A stretch of DNA of 24,420 bases from a virus (taxonomy: Duplodnaviria > Caudoviricetes), in IMG/VR virus record IMGVR_UViG_3300021142_000173, positions 1 to 24,420 of that record; one strand, written 5' to 3'. Positions 9,521-18,207 of the stretch are shown in pieces. The notes under the pieces are model-generated. The model had not been told where the DNA came from, ran no database searches, and was given only the letters and a program-made list of their open reading frames with translations. The number at the start of each line of letters is the position of its first letter. Position 1 is the stretch's first letter. The translations under genes and the position numbers were made by a program.

Positions 9521-10621
9521 ATGTCCGTATATAAAATATTTCCACAACAAGACGCAACTATATACTCGTCTAATCCATCAGCTAACGCTGGTATTGATGA
9601 GATACTAGAGATATCGTCTGTTAATAGTAATCCAAATCTCGGTATTATAAGTGGACTGGATGATATAAGAAGAACATTAATTAAGTTTAGTGATGCCGAT
9701 ATTAGTACGATTGCAGGATTTGCAACTGGGTCTTTTACGGTAGGTTTAAAACTATATTTAGCATACGCTTCTACGTTACCTCAAACATATACTATTCTCT
9801 GTAACCCTGTAGGACAGGCATGGACAATGGGAACCGGTAAAATTAATGATATACCTAATCCTAAGAATGGAGTATGCTGGATATCTGTAGGAGCGTATAG
9901 CCAATCTGCTATCTGGAGTAATACGTACGGTACTTCTAGCTACCTCTATACAGTCGGTGGAGGAGTATGGAACCCAGCTTATTCAGCATCTCAAAGTTTT
10001 GGTTACACAGATAATAAAGATGTTAATATCGACGTGACTACAATGGTGAGTGCATCAATGGTAGGTACAATTCCTAACTACGGATTACTACTACGTATCA
10101 CAGGTTCAATTGAATTAAATCCAAGTTCTTCAATAGAGACTCAATTCTTTTCAATGGATACACATACCGTATATCCACCTTGTTTAGAAATGAAATGGGA
10201 TGATTCTGTATACAATACAGGTAGTAATACTAACGGTACTATTATAGCAGAAGACTTTGTACTAATACCTCAAAACAATACAGATAAACTAAAAGTAGGT
10301 AACGTATATAGAATGAAATTCGTTACTAGAGATAGATATCCAGCAAGAACTTTCGCAACTGGTTCAGACTATTTAAACTGGAGATATCTACCGCAGCAAA
10401 GCTATTGGTCAATAGTAGACTATAAAACATCTGATGTAATTGTTGATTTCGATACAAACTATACAAAACTTAGTGCAGATACAAATTCTAATTATTTTAC
10501 ACTATATACAAACGGATTACAACCTGAAAGATCTTATAGAATTTTAATTAAAACAATCGTACCGTCTACAGGTGAACAGGTAATAGTTGATAACGGTGTG
10601 ATTTTTAAAGTAACAAGGTAG
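9521..10621 (+). CDS. Virion structural protein with a DNRLRE/disaggregatase-like beta-sandwich domain
   Basis: Pattern DATIYS..P..NAG...LEI...RTLIKF...LKLY...W...DVT..V...NYGLLL...FFS...PP.LE. Confidence 0.6.
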   Translation: MSVYKIFPQQDATIYSSNPSANAGIDEILEISSVNSNPNLGIISGLDDIRRTLIKFSDADISTIAGFATGSFTVGLKLYLAYASTLPQTYTILCNPVGQAWTMGTGKINDIPNPKNGVCWISVGAYSQSAIWSNTYGTSSYLYTVGGGVWNPAYSASQSFGYTDNKDVNIDVTTMVSASMVGTIPNYGLLLRITGSIELNPSSSIETQFFSMDTHTVYPPCLEMKWDDSVYNTGSNTNGTIIAEDFVLIPQNNTDKLKVGNVYRMKFVTRDRYPARTFATGSDYLNWRYLPQQSYWSIVDYKTSDVIVDFDTNYTKLSADTNSNYFTLYTNGLQPERSYRILIKTIVPSTGEQVIVDNGVIFKVTR

Positions 10622-10622
10622 T

Positions 10623-10961
10623 ATGACAGAACAGGTAAATTTAACAAAACAAATCTACGGTACAGCAGCCTATACACGGGTAATAGATACTACGTTTACA
10701 GAGCTAGTAGCACCACCTGCCCCTGATCAACCAACTGTAACAGTAGATGATTTTTTTACTTATTACGAACAGTTATTTTTTCAAATTCCGGTAACAGGTG
10801 ATACAAATTCACATCAATACCTGGTTAAGAAAAGTGGCGAGTATATAGGTGGACAGGTAATAACTGATAACGAACAAGCTCTAATTAATGAGATTAATAG
10901 CTTAAGACAACAGCTCTTAGTAGCTAACCAAACTATCGTAGACATAAGCTCAATAACATAA
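10623..10961 (+). CDS. Hypothetical structural-module protein, 112 aa
   Basis: Tightly packed ORF with a C-terminal coiled coil (ALINEINSLRQQLL); TAATG-coupled to the next gene. Confidence 0.75.
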   Translation: MTEQVNLTKQIYGTAAYTRVIDTTFTELVAPPAPDQPTVTVDDFFTYYEQLFFQIPVTGDTNSHQYLVKKSGEYIGGQVITDNEQALINEINSLRQQLLVANQTIVDISSIT

Positions 10962-13900
10962 TGGAAATAGTAACAATAGACCTTTTATCATCACAAGCAG
11001 AATATCAGCAGTATAAACCTGCCGATACCTCTCTAATTAATACCGCTACGATTGCACCTCCATTTGGCGCTCCAACAGATTACGTAGAATACTCTATATA
11101 CGATCTTAATGGAGATCTACTAGTATCCGAATACTACGATACTAACTATACTCCTACTAATCCGGATCCGGCAACTGGTAATTACACAGCATTACAAATA
11201 GATCCACAAGCAGACGTAGCATCGCACGGGTATGATAGAGGTTCGGTTGATATAATTTATAACTTCTTTAGAAACCTATTTCAAAGTAACTATACAAATC
11301 AGTTTTGGATTAAGCAAATATCAGGTACAAGAACAGAATTAAAAGTCTGCCGTCAAGATCTATCAAATCAACAGCTACAGCAAGCATTTACAGATTTCGA
11401 AAACCAAGCAGCATCTCGTGCATATTATTCAGATTTTTATCTAAACTTTGGTAATAACGAAGTTTTAATTGGAGTTAATGTAGCTTATGCATTAGATGGA
11501 GATCAAGGATGTTTACTTCTTAAACTATACGAACCTTTACCGGCTGATATAGATCTTAAGAGTACATTTTGGATTGTTGAACAGTTAGGAGATTCAGTTA
11601 AGTATCAAGTAACAGTAGAAGTACCTGCTTCTGCACCACCTCCGTCAAACTCATTAAAAGGACCTAATTTTAACTTAAATATATCTCGAAGAGTTGGACA
11701 ATCTACTCCTACCTATAATCTAAGTACTTTACTGGCATCATCTAGTCTAGCACCGTCTTCTCCACTTTATCAGCAAATGCAAAGCATATTACAAGACACG
11801 TCTATTGACATAAATGTTGATTATTCTGATTTTAGTAACTTTGTACATTTCTCATCTGCACAAGAACGTATCTATAACTTCGCCTACAAGTTAAAACTTA
11901 TTGAAGGTTATAATCAATCTATTGCAAATGCAGGGCAAGTGTTAAATGGAGGTACCATTACATCCGGAAGTGTTATTACATATCAGCAGCAGATTAACGA
12001 TATTATAACAAACTTTGATGGCTACGAGTATTACCTGTATTACGAAAATACACCGCAGGCATGGCCTAAATCAAATAGTTTACCACCGTATCAGTTGTAC
12101 TCTATCACATCTTCTCAAGCTTTAACTTGGCTTGGTAATCCAGATGTAGCACCACCTGATGGACAGTATAGTGCACTAAATGCAGCATCTACCTATGATC
12201 TTAATAACAAAGACTGGCTAATCAATACAATTCCAGAATATCTTAAACAGGATGATAGTAATATCCCGTATCAGACTTTCCTGAATATGATAGGACAGCA
12301 CTTTGATAACATCTGGATTTACTATAAGGATGTTACAGAGAGATATGATGCTGAAAGTGATTTAACTAAAGGTGTATCTAAAGAGTTAGTAAAATCTGCA
12401 TTAGAATCTTTCGGTATACATTTATATACAAACACAAATATATCAGATAACCTTTACTACTCAACCCTAGGTATTAACCCAGACGGTTCTTTAACACCAC
12501 CAACCGGTTCTTATTTTAGTGGAAGTATATACATAACCTATAACTCATCAGGTCCTTATGTATTTTTAGATTATACAAATCCTAATTTATACACTCTGAA
12601 CTTTGATGAAAAACCAACTATACCAGGTGCAGATATAACTCTTGAATATCAAAAGAGAATCTATCACAACCTGCCGTATTTATTAAAGACTAGAGGTACA
12701 ACAAGAGGTTTAAGAGCTCTAATTAACTGCTTTGGTATTCCAAGCACCTTATTGAGAATTAATGAATTCGGTGGATCCGATAAGTTACAATCTACACCTG
12801 ATGTAATTCAAAAGAGATATGGCCTAGCCTACCATAATACAGGTAGCGTAAACCTAGCTCTACCATGGGCATTACAGGTTTCAAATAATGCCCTACCGGA
12901 TACAATCGAATTTAGGTTTAAGACTACAGGGATACCTGATTCAAATCATATTTCACAATCTTTATTTGAAGTTAATAGGGGTAATAATACCTACTTTGGA
13001 TTACAATTAACGTATGATTCTGCTTCTGCTATACCATCAAGCTCTTTACAGTATAACGGTAACCTGACTTTCTATCTAAACAGCTCAGGTTCAGCAGGTA
13101 TTTACGGTAAAACCGCACCTATAACATTACCATTTTTCGATAATACACAATGGTGGTCTGTTTCTATAGGTAGAGCTACTGGATCGGCAATTAATACTGT
13201 GGATAATACTTACACCTTGACTGTAGCAGGTACTGCTTATAATCAAGAAGGTGATGGTAATATAACATATCTTAGCTCTTCTAGTCTCTTTGTAACTTCT
13301 TCAACTTCGGCAAGTTATAATGCAAGTTGGAATGCATATGATACAAGTACACAGACTGCACTATTTAGCGCATATCTTGGTGGTCCGGTTAATCTAACTA
13401 GTAGTTTATGTAAACTTAGAACTACCTTCCAAGGGTATTATCAGGAATTTAGATATTGGGGCCAACCATTAAGCCTAAGCGCATTTAATCAGCATGTAAC
13501 TAGCCCAAGTTCGATCGTAGGTAATACACCTACTTCTTCTTATACAGACCTAACATTTAGATTACCTCTAGGTAATAATAATGTAGTACCGTCTTACGGA
13601 ACAAGTAGTTTACAGCTTAATTCACCTGATGGTGATTTATATGAAATTGGATTTACAGCTATTAATCAAAGTGCTGTTCTAACTTCAAATCACCCTGCTG
13701 CCAGTACCGTAAAATCTTTTAAGAGCGGTAGTAGTTCATTTAGCTACGGATTATTTGGTAGCGGAAGTCATGAATCAGAGAGTAATGCTTCATTTGAATC
13801 TTTAGTAATGACAGACCTAATAGCAGGTCCATCAGTAGGAGTAGGTCAAAAAGTAAATAATAAAATTTTTATACCTACACACGATGATTTAACCGAAAGT

Positions 13901-16411
13901 TTATTATCACCATTTGTAAGTATTCAAAGATATAACCCGGATATAAGTAGAAATTCTGCCGATATTGAAGTTGGATTCTCACCAAGTGATTTAGTAGATG
14001 CCGATATCACAAACCAGCTAGGCTACTTTAACATTGATGATTATATCGGAAATCCAGCAGATGCTTATCTATCTAACTATCCCGATTTAGATACTCTAAG
14101 AAATACATACTTCCAGAAGTATATTAGTAAGTTTGACTTACCAGACTTCATTAATCTAATTAGGTTCTTCGATAATTCTCTATTCAAGATGATAAAGGAT
14201 TTCGTACCTGCTAGAGCAGACTTATCTACAGGTATTATCGTGAAACCGCACATCTTAGAGAGATGTAAATGTAAGAGAAATGAACCAACCGTTACTGTAA
14301 GCCTTAATACAGGTTCAATAAAACCAATATCTACTTCAGGTTCAAACCCAGAAGGATACTATCTTAATACAAGATATACACAATCAGTACCGGTTTCTTT
14401 CTATGTAGCACCGGGTTATGAATTCCAAGTCATTCAACCTAGTATAATAGGTAATATAACTTCACCTCAATCGAAGTTAAGAGAACCGTTTACAGGTGAA
14501 TTTGGAGGGTTAGATATCAACTTAACTAACCATGGACAATTTAGTCAACTAGAGAGATCTAGTATAACAGCACCATGGACTTCATCTATTAATACCGGAC
14601 AGTCAATTTTTACCACTTATAACTTAGGTGGCTTATATAACAATGCAGTATACGGAGTAACATCTAGTAAATTCTTAAAGACAGATTATTCATCTAACTT
14701 AGTTGTACCTGTTAACAATACTACCATTACAAACTATTTTGCATCAAGTAGTTCATTTAGAGGCTATGTACCTTTTGCAACTATTACAGATTCAAACTAT
14801 AACTCAAAAGCATTTACAGGTATTAGATACATAGGTACTAAAACTATAAGCGCTACATATAATACTTATACAGTCGGTGATAGTAGTTACGGTAAAACAG
14901 CAGCAATTGATATTATCAAACAGAGATACGCGTATCTATCTACTATCTATACAGCATCAGCCTACATGCCTGGTAGATCTAATGCACAGCTAAAATATCT
15001 GATTGACAATAACGTTAATACAGTAACTCTAACAAAAGCAAATAATAGTGTATTTGATATACAAAACCTTTATAAATCAGGTGAATCAGTAGATTTAGAT
15101 TTATTTAACTATGATGAAAGTAATCCTTATTCACAGCTTCTAGCGACCAATCAAACTATACCTACTTACGAAGGTGGATTTAGATACTTACCTATGTTAC
15201 ATAATTTATCAAGTTCTATAACACCTTACCAGGTATACAGTTTAACACCACCTATAGTAGTAACAGGTACAGGTACATACTTACCAAGTCAATTTAACCT
15301 GGTATTTAGTAGCTCTTACGTACCTGGACCGACAGCTTCTGATTACAGTACTACAGGTACATGGTATTTTCAATACTATGTCACAAGTAATACAGGTCCA
15401 GTTACAACCCCGGTAGCCGTGAATTTTACGGGTACACAAGTAATCCAAAACTGGTACCCAGATGGATACTGCTCTAGCGGTGCCGATCAACAGTACACCG
15501 ATGGTCCTACAGGAAGTAACGATTACCCATATCCGTATGTTTACACATTACCTGTACAGACATCTACAATAGCCTTAGGAGCAACTACAGGTAGTATTGT
15601 AACTTTTTCAATAATTAACGGACCTGGCGGGATAAGTAATCCTAATATTTCTGAACTAGGGGGTGTAGATCCGTACGAAACTTTTTGCCTACAACGCTGC
15701 TACGGTGGCACAGTTGATGTAGATTGTAATTGTGATGGAGTCTATAACCCATGTGGAGCGACTGGCAATACATTTAGACCTTCAACAACAGCAACTATTA
15801 CAGGTATATCAACAGGAGGAGGAGGTAGCGGTTACACAACCTCGCAATTAACAGCCTATATTTCAAGTAGCACACCTGATTTATGGTATAATACTTCTTC
15901 AAATCAAGCAGTATTTAATAGTGTTATTTCTCAATATTATTATAATAATCTTACATTTATTTCTGAAACAGATACAGCTTGGGCTTCATCTAGTCTAGAA
16001 AAAGTAGTGTTACCTATCGATATTAACGTAGGTGATAAGTTAGCATTATATAATCCTCAAGCTTTAGGTTGGGATGAAAGATTTGAATATACTGTAAAGA
16101 ATGTATCGTTCTATAATGGAATTATAGGTACTTCCGGTTCAAGATTATTGGTAGATTTTGACAGAAAGATAGATGGAGCTTTAATAACTGGATCAGCTGT
16201 ACCTGAACTAGTTACAAATGCAAACTATAAGATACCTACTTATGTTTTATTTAAACACGTCCCTGATGAGACTAATATTATGTTAAGATATAATCCAAAA
16301 GATCCTACACTAGTAGAACAAGGTCTAATCTACCCTCAATATATTGATCCTACAATTAGAAAGAATGCAGGTAACGTATTACAGCAATTAAAAGGTAACA
16401 ATTTAATTTAA
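10961..16411 (+). CDS. Large baseplate/tail protein, 1816 aa (gp7/gpI-like wedge motif, LamG-like domain, Cys-rich insert)
   Basis: FLNMIGQHFD and LPYLLKTRGT.RGLRALINCFG are wedge-initiator-like. TIEFRFK...WWSV...FQGYYQEFRYW...LS (about 12900-13560) is LamG/ConA-like. The protein is S/T/G/N-rich. Confidence 0.7.
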   Translation: MEIVTIDLLSSQAEYQQYKPADTSLINTATIAPPFGAPTDYVEYSIYDLNGDLLVSEYYDTNYTPTNPDPATGNYTALQIDPQADVASHGYDRGSVDIIYNFFRNLFQSNYTNQFWIKQISGTRTELKVCRQDLSNQQLQQAFTDFENQAASRAYYSDFYLNFGNNEVLIGVNVAYALDGDQGCLLLKLYEPLPADIDLKSTFWIVEQLGDSVKYQVTVEVPASAPPPSNSLKGPNFNLNISRRVGQSTPTYNLSTLLASSSLAPSSPLYQQMQSILQDTSIDINVDYSDFSNFVHFSSAQERIYNFAYKLKLIEGYNQSIANAGQVLNGGTITSGSVITYQQQINDIITNFDGYEYYLYYENTPQAWPKSNSLPPYQLYSITSSQALTWLGNPDVAPPDGQYSALNAASTYDLNNKDWLINTIPEYLKQDDSNIPYQTFLNMIGQHFDNIWIYYKDVTERYDAESDLTKGVSKELVKSALESFGIHLYTNTNISDNLYYSTLGINPDGSLTPPTGSYFSGSIYITYNSSGPYVFLDYTNPNLYTLNFDEKPTIPGADITLEYQKRIYHNLPYLLKTRGTTRGLRALINCFGIPSTLLRINEFGGSDKLQSTPDVIQKRYGLAYHNTGSVNLALPWALQVSNNALPDTIEFRFKTTGIPDSNHISQSLFEVNRGNNTYFGLQLTYDSASAIPSSSLQYNGNLTFYLNSSGSAGIYGKTAPITLPFFDNTQWWSVSIGRATGSAINTVDNTYTLTVAGTAYNQEGDGNITYLSSSSLFVTSSTSASYNASWNAYDTSTQTALFSAYLGGPVNLTSSLCKLRTTFQGYYQEFRYWGQPLSLSAFNQHVTSPSSIVGNTPTSSYTDLTFRLPLGNNNVVPSYGTSSLQLNSPDGDLYEIGFTAINQSAVLTSNHPAASTVKSFKSGSSSFSYGLFGSGSHESESNASFESLVMTDLIAGPSVGVGQKVNNKIFIPTHDDLTESLLSPFVSIQRYNPDISRNSADIEVGFSPSDLVDADITNQLGYFNIDDYIGNPADAYLSNYPDLDTLRNTYFQKYISKFDLPDFINLIRFFDNSLFKMIKDFVPARADLSTGIIVKPHILERCKCKRNEPTVTVSLNTGSIKPISTSGSNPEGYYLNTRYTQSVPVSFYVAPGYEFQVIQPSIIGNITSPQSKLREPFTGEFGGLDINLTNHGQFSQLERSSITAPWTSSINTGQSIFTTYNLGGLYNNAVYGVTSSKFLKTDYSSNLVVPVNNTTITNYFASSSSFRGYVPFATITDSNYNSKAFTGIRYIGTKTISATYNTYTVGDSSYGKTAAIDIIKQRYAYLSTIYTASAYMPGRSNAQLKYLIDNNVNTVTLTKANNSVFDIQNLYKSGESVDLDLFNYDESNPYSQLLATNQTIPTYEGGFRYLPMLHNLSSSITPYQVYSLTPPIVVTGTGTYLPSQFNLVFSSSYVPGPTASDYSTTGTWYFQYYVTSNTGPVTTPVAVNFTGTQVIQNWYPDGYCSSGADQQYTDGPTGSNDYPYPYVYTLPVQTSTIALGATTGSIVTFSIINGPGGISNPNISELGGVDPYETFCLQRCYGGTVDVDCNCDGVYNPCGATGNTFRPSTTATITGISTGGGGSGYTTSQLTAYISSSTPDLWYNTSSNQAVFNSVISQYYYNNLTFISETDTAWASSSLEKVVLPIDINVGDKLALYNPQALGWDERFEYTVKNVSFYNGIIGTSGSRLLVDFDRKIDGALITGSAVPELVTNANYKIPTYVLFKHVPDETNIMLRYNPKDPTLVEQGLIYPQYIDPTIRKNAGNVLQQLKGNNLI

Positions 16412-16427
16412 AAACCAAATTTTTATA

Positions 16428-16435
16428 TATTTATT
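16428..16435 (+). promoter_or_regulatory. Putative late-promoter variant TATTTATT
   Basis: 7/8 match to TATTTATA in the 56-nt gap before ORF 16468. Confidence 0.45.
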
Positions 16436-16467
16436 AACATAACACTAACAACTAAAATTATACCAAG

Positions 16468-17124
16468 ATGGGTTATCTAAATGGCGTTACTGTAACGGTT
16501 GACGCAATCCTAACAAAGAAAGGAAGAGAATTATTAGCAAGAAATGATGGCTCTTTTCAAATCACACAATTTGCACTATCTGATGATGAAATAGATTATA
16601 CTCTATATAATCCAAACCATCCATCTGGATCTGCATTTTACGGTGAAGCAATTCAAGCAATGCCAGTACTAGAAGCATTTCCAAATGATAATGAAATCAT
16701 GAAATACAAGTTAATAACACTTCCAAGAGGGACTGCTGCAATTCCGGCACTAAATGTAGGATACCAAACTATAACTCTAAAGCAAGGTGCATCTATTTCG
16801 ATAACACCTCAAACTTTAAATTACCTGGGTGCTACATCTACATTTGAACAAGACGGGTACATCGCTACTATTGGTGATGTTAGAGTTACATCTAACTTTA
16901 CAGGTGTCGGTATCAATACAGCTGAAGCTACTCAATTAAACGGAACTGTGACCGTAGGTACAAATGTAAGTAAGACTGTTATAGGTACTACAATTAATAT
17001 TACTGCAACTACAGTTAATACTTTATTTGGAACTAATACACAACTACAAACTAATCTTGTTATAGAAGGTAGAGATAGTGGTGCAAGAGTAACAATTCCT
17101 GTAACTATTACAAAACAATCTTAA
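16468..17124 (+). CDS. Virion structural protein, tail-fibre/collar N-terminal-like
   Basis: AILTKKGRELLA.....FQITQFALSD resembles the start of P2 gpH/DUF3751-type fibre anchor domains. The C-terminal half is Ig-like and beta-rich. Confidence 0.55.
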   Translation: MGYLNGVTVTVDAILTKKGRELLARNDGSFQITQFALSDDEIDYTLYNPNHPSGSAFYGEAIQAMPVLEAFPNDNEIMKYKLITLPRGTAAIPALNVGYQTITLKQGASISITPQTLNYLGATSTFEQDGYIATIGDVRVTSNFTGVGINTAEATQLNGTVTVGTNVSKTVIGTTINITATTVNTLFGTNTQLQTNLVIEGRDSGARVTIPVTITKQS

Positions 17125-17146
17125 TAATAAATTTTAATAATATAAT

Positions 17147-18166
17147 ATGAGCTTTGTTCAATTAGCTTCAACAGATATAGTAGTAAGTGCAGATACAATC
17201 ACAGCACCGGCTTGGTCAACAGGTAATTCAGTTTTATCGGGTGTAACCTATACATCAGGATCTGGAGGTACAACGACTTATTTAGTAGCTTCCGGGTCAA
17301 ATAGTACAACTACTGAGTTTTCTATGACGTACGGTAATATAAATGGGTATGGTTCAGTTTTATACAATATATTAGTATCTGGATTATCTCCAACAAGAAC
17401 TATATACGGTCAGTATAGAAATCTAGTATACGGTACTGAAACTCAAAACTTTAATTTCGGAGGTTTAAACACATCTTCAGTAGACATACACGTAATCAAT
17501 GTAAATAGAAATGCTTATAAACAGCAGCTATATGCACCGACTTTTAACCTAACACTCACAAGCGGTAGTGCAACAGTTAGACTTACAAATGATAGCACTA
17601 CTACTTCTACAGTAACGTATCTAGATTGCGGTAGAGCATTTAATATAGTGAGCGGTAGTAATGGTGCAGGTGTTATAAACAGTGTTTCAACAGCAGCAGG
17701 TCAACCGGCAGGTTGGACAGCAAGCGGTTCATACGGTCTATTTCTACCAGATGTAGGTTTAATCGTATTAAACTCAAGAGCATTAGCAATGCCAGCTGTT
17801 TCAGGAGGTATTTTATTATCTGTCGGACAAAGCACTAACACCGACAATAACAACTCAGCAGCACTAGGTAATGCAATAGCATCCGGTAATTACTTTCAAC
17901 TTAATAGTGAAGAAACAGTATCATCTGATTATATATTTGTAAGAGCAGGTAATGCACAGTTTAATTATACTACAAACCCATCTGCAATATCAGGAAGTAC
18001 AGGTACACTAACCTTCCCTACAATGATTAATAACCCGCAGACTTTCCCAACAACAGTTGGTCTATATAACGCTAATAATGAATTAATTGCTGTTGCAAAA
18101 CTATCACAACCTTTCGTAAAAGACTTTACAAAAGAAGCCTTGTTCCGCGTCAAGTTAAATTTTTAA
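17147..18166 (+). CDS. Virion structural protein (tail-fibre/baseplate-associated)
   Basis: S/T/G/N-rich. The C-terminal TTVGLYNANNELIAVAKLSQP domain is shared with ORF 18208. Confidence 0.65.
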   Translation: MSFVQLASTDIVVSADTITAPAWSTGNSVLSGVTYTSGSGGTTTYLVASGSNSTTTEFSMTYGNINGYGSVLYNILVSGLSPTRTIYGQYRNLVYGTETQNFNFGGLNTSSVDIHVINVNRNAYKQQLYAPTFNLTLTSGSATVRLTNDSTTTSTVTYLDCGRAFNIVSGSNGAGVINSVSTAAGQPAGWTASGSYGLFLPDVGLIVLNSRALAMPAVSGGILLSVGQSTNTDNNNSAALGNAIASGNYFQLNSEETVSSDYIFVRAGNAQFNYTTNPSAISGSTGTLTFPTMINNPQTFPTTVGLYNANNELIAVAKLSQPFVKDFTKEALFRVKLNF

Positions 18167-18207
18167 AGAGTGTTATTCAATTGGTAGTAACCTAGTAAAA
18201 CTATAGA

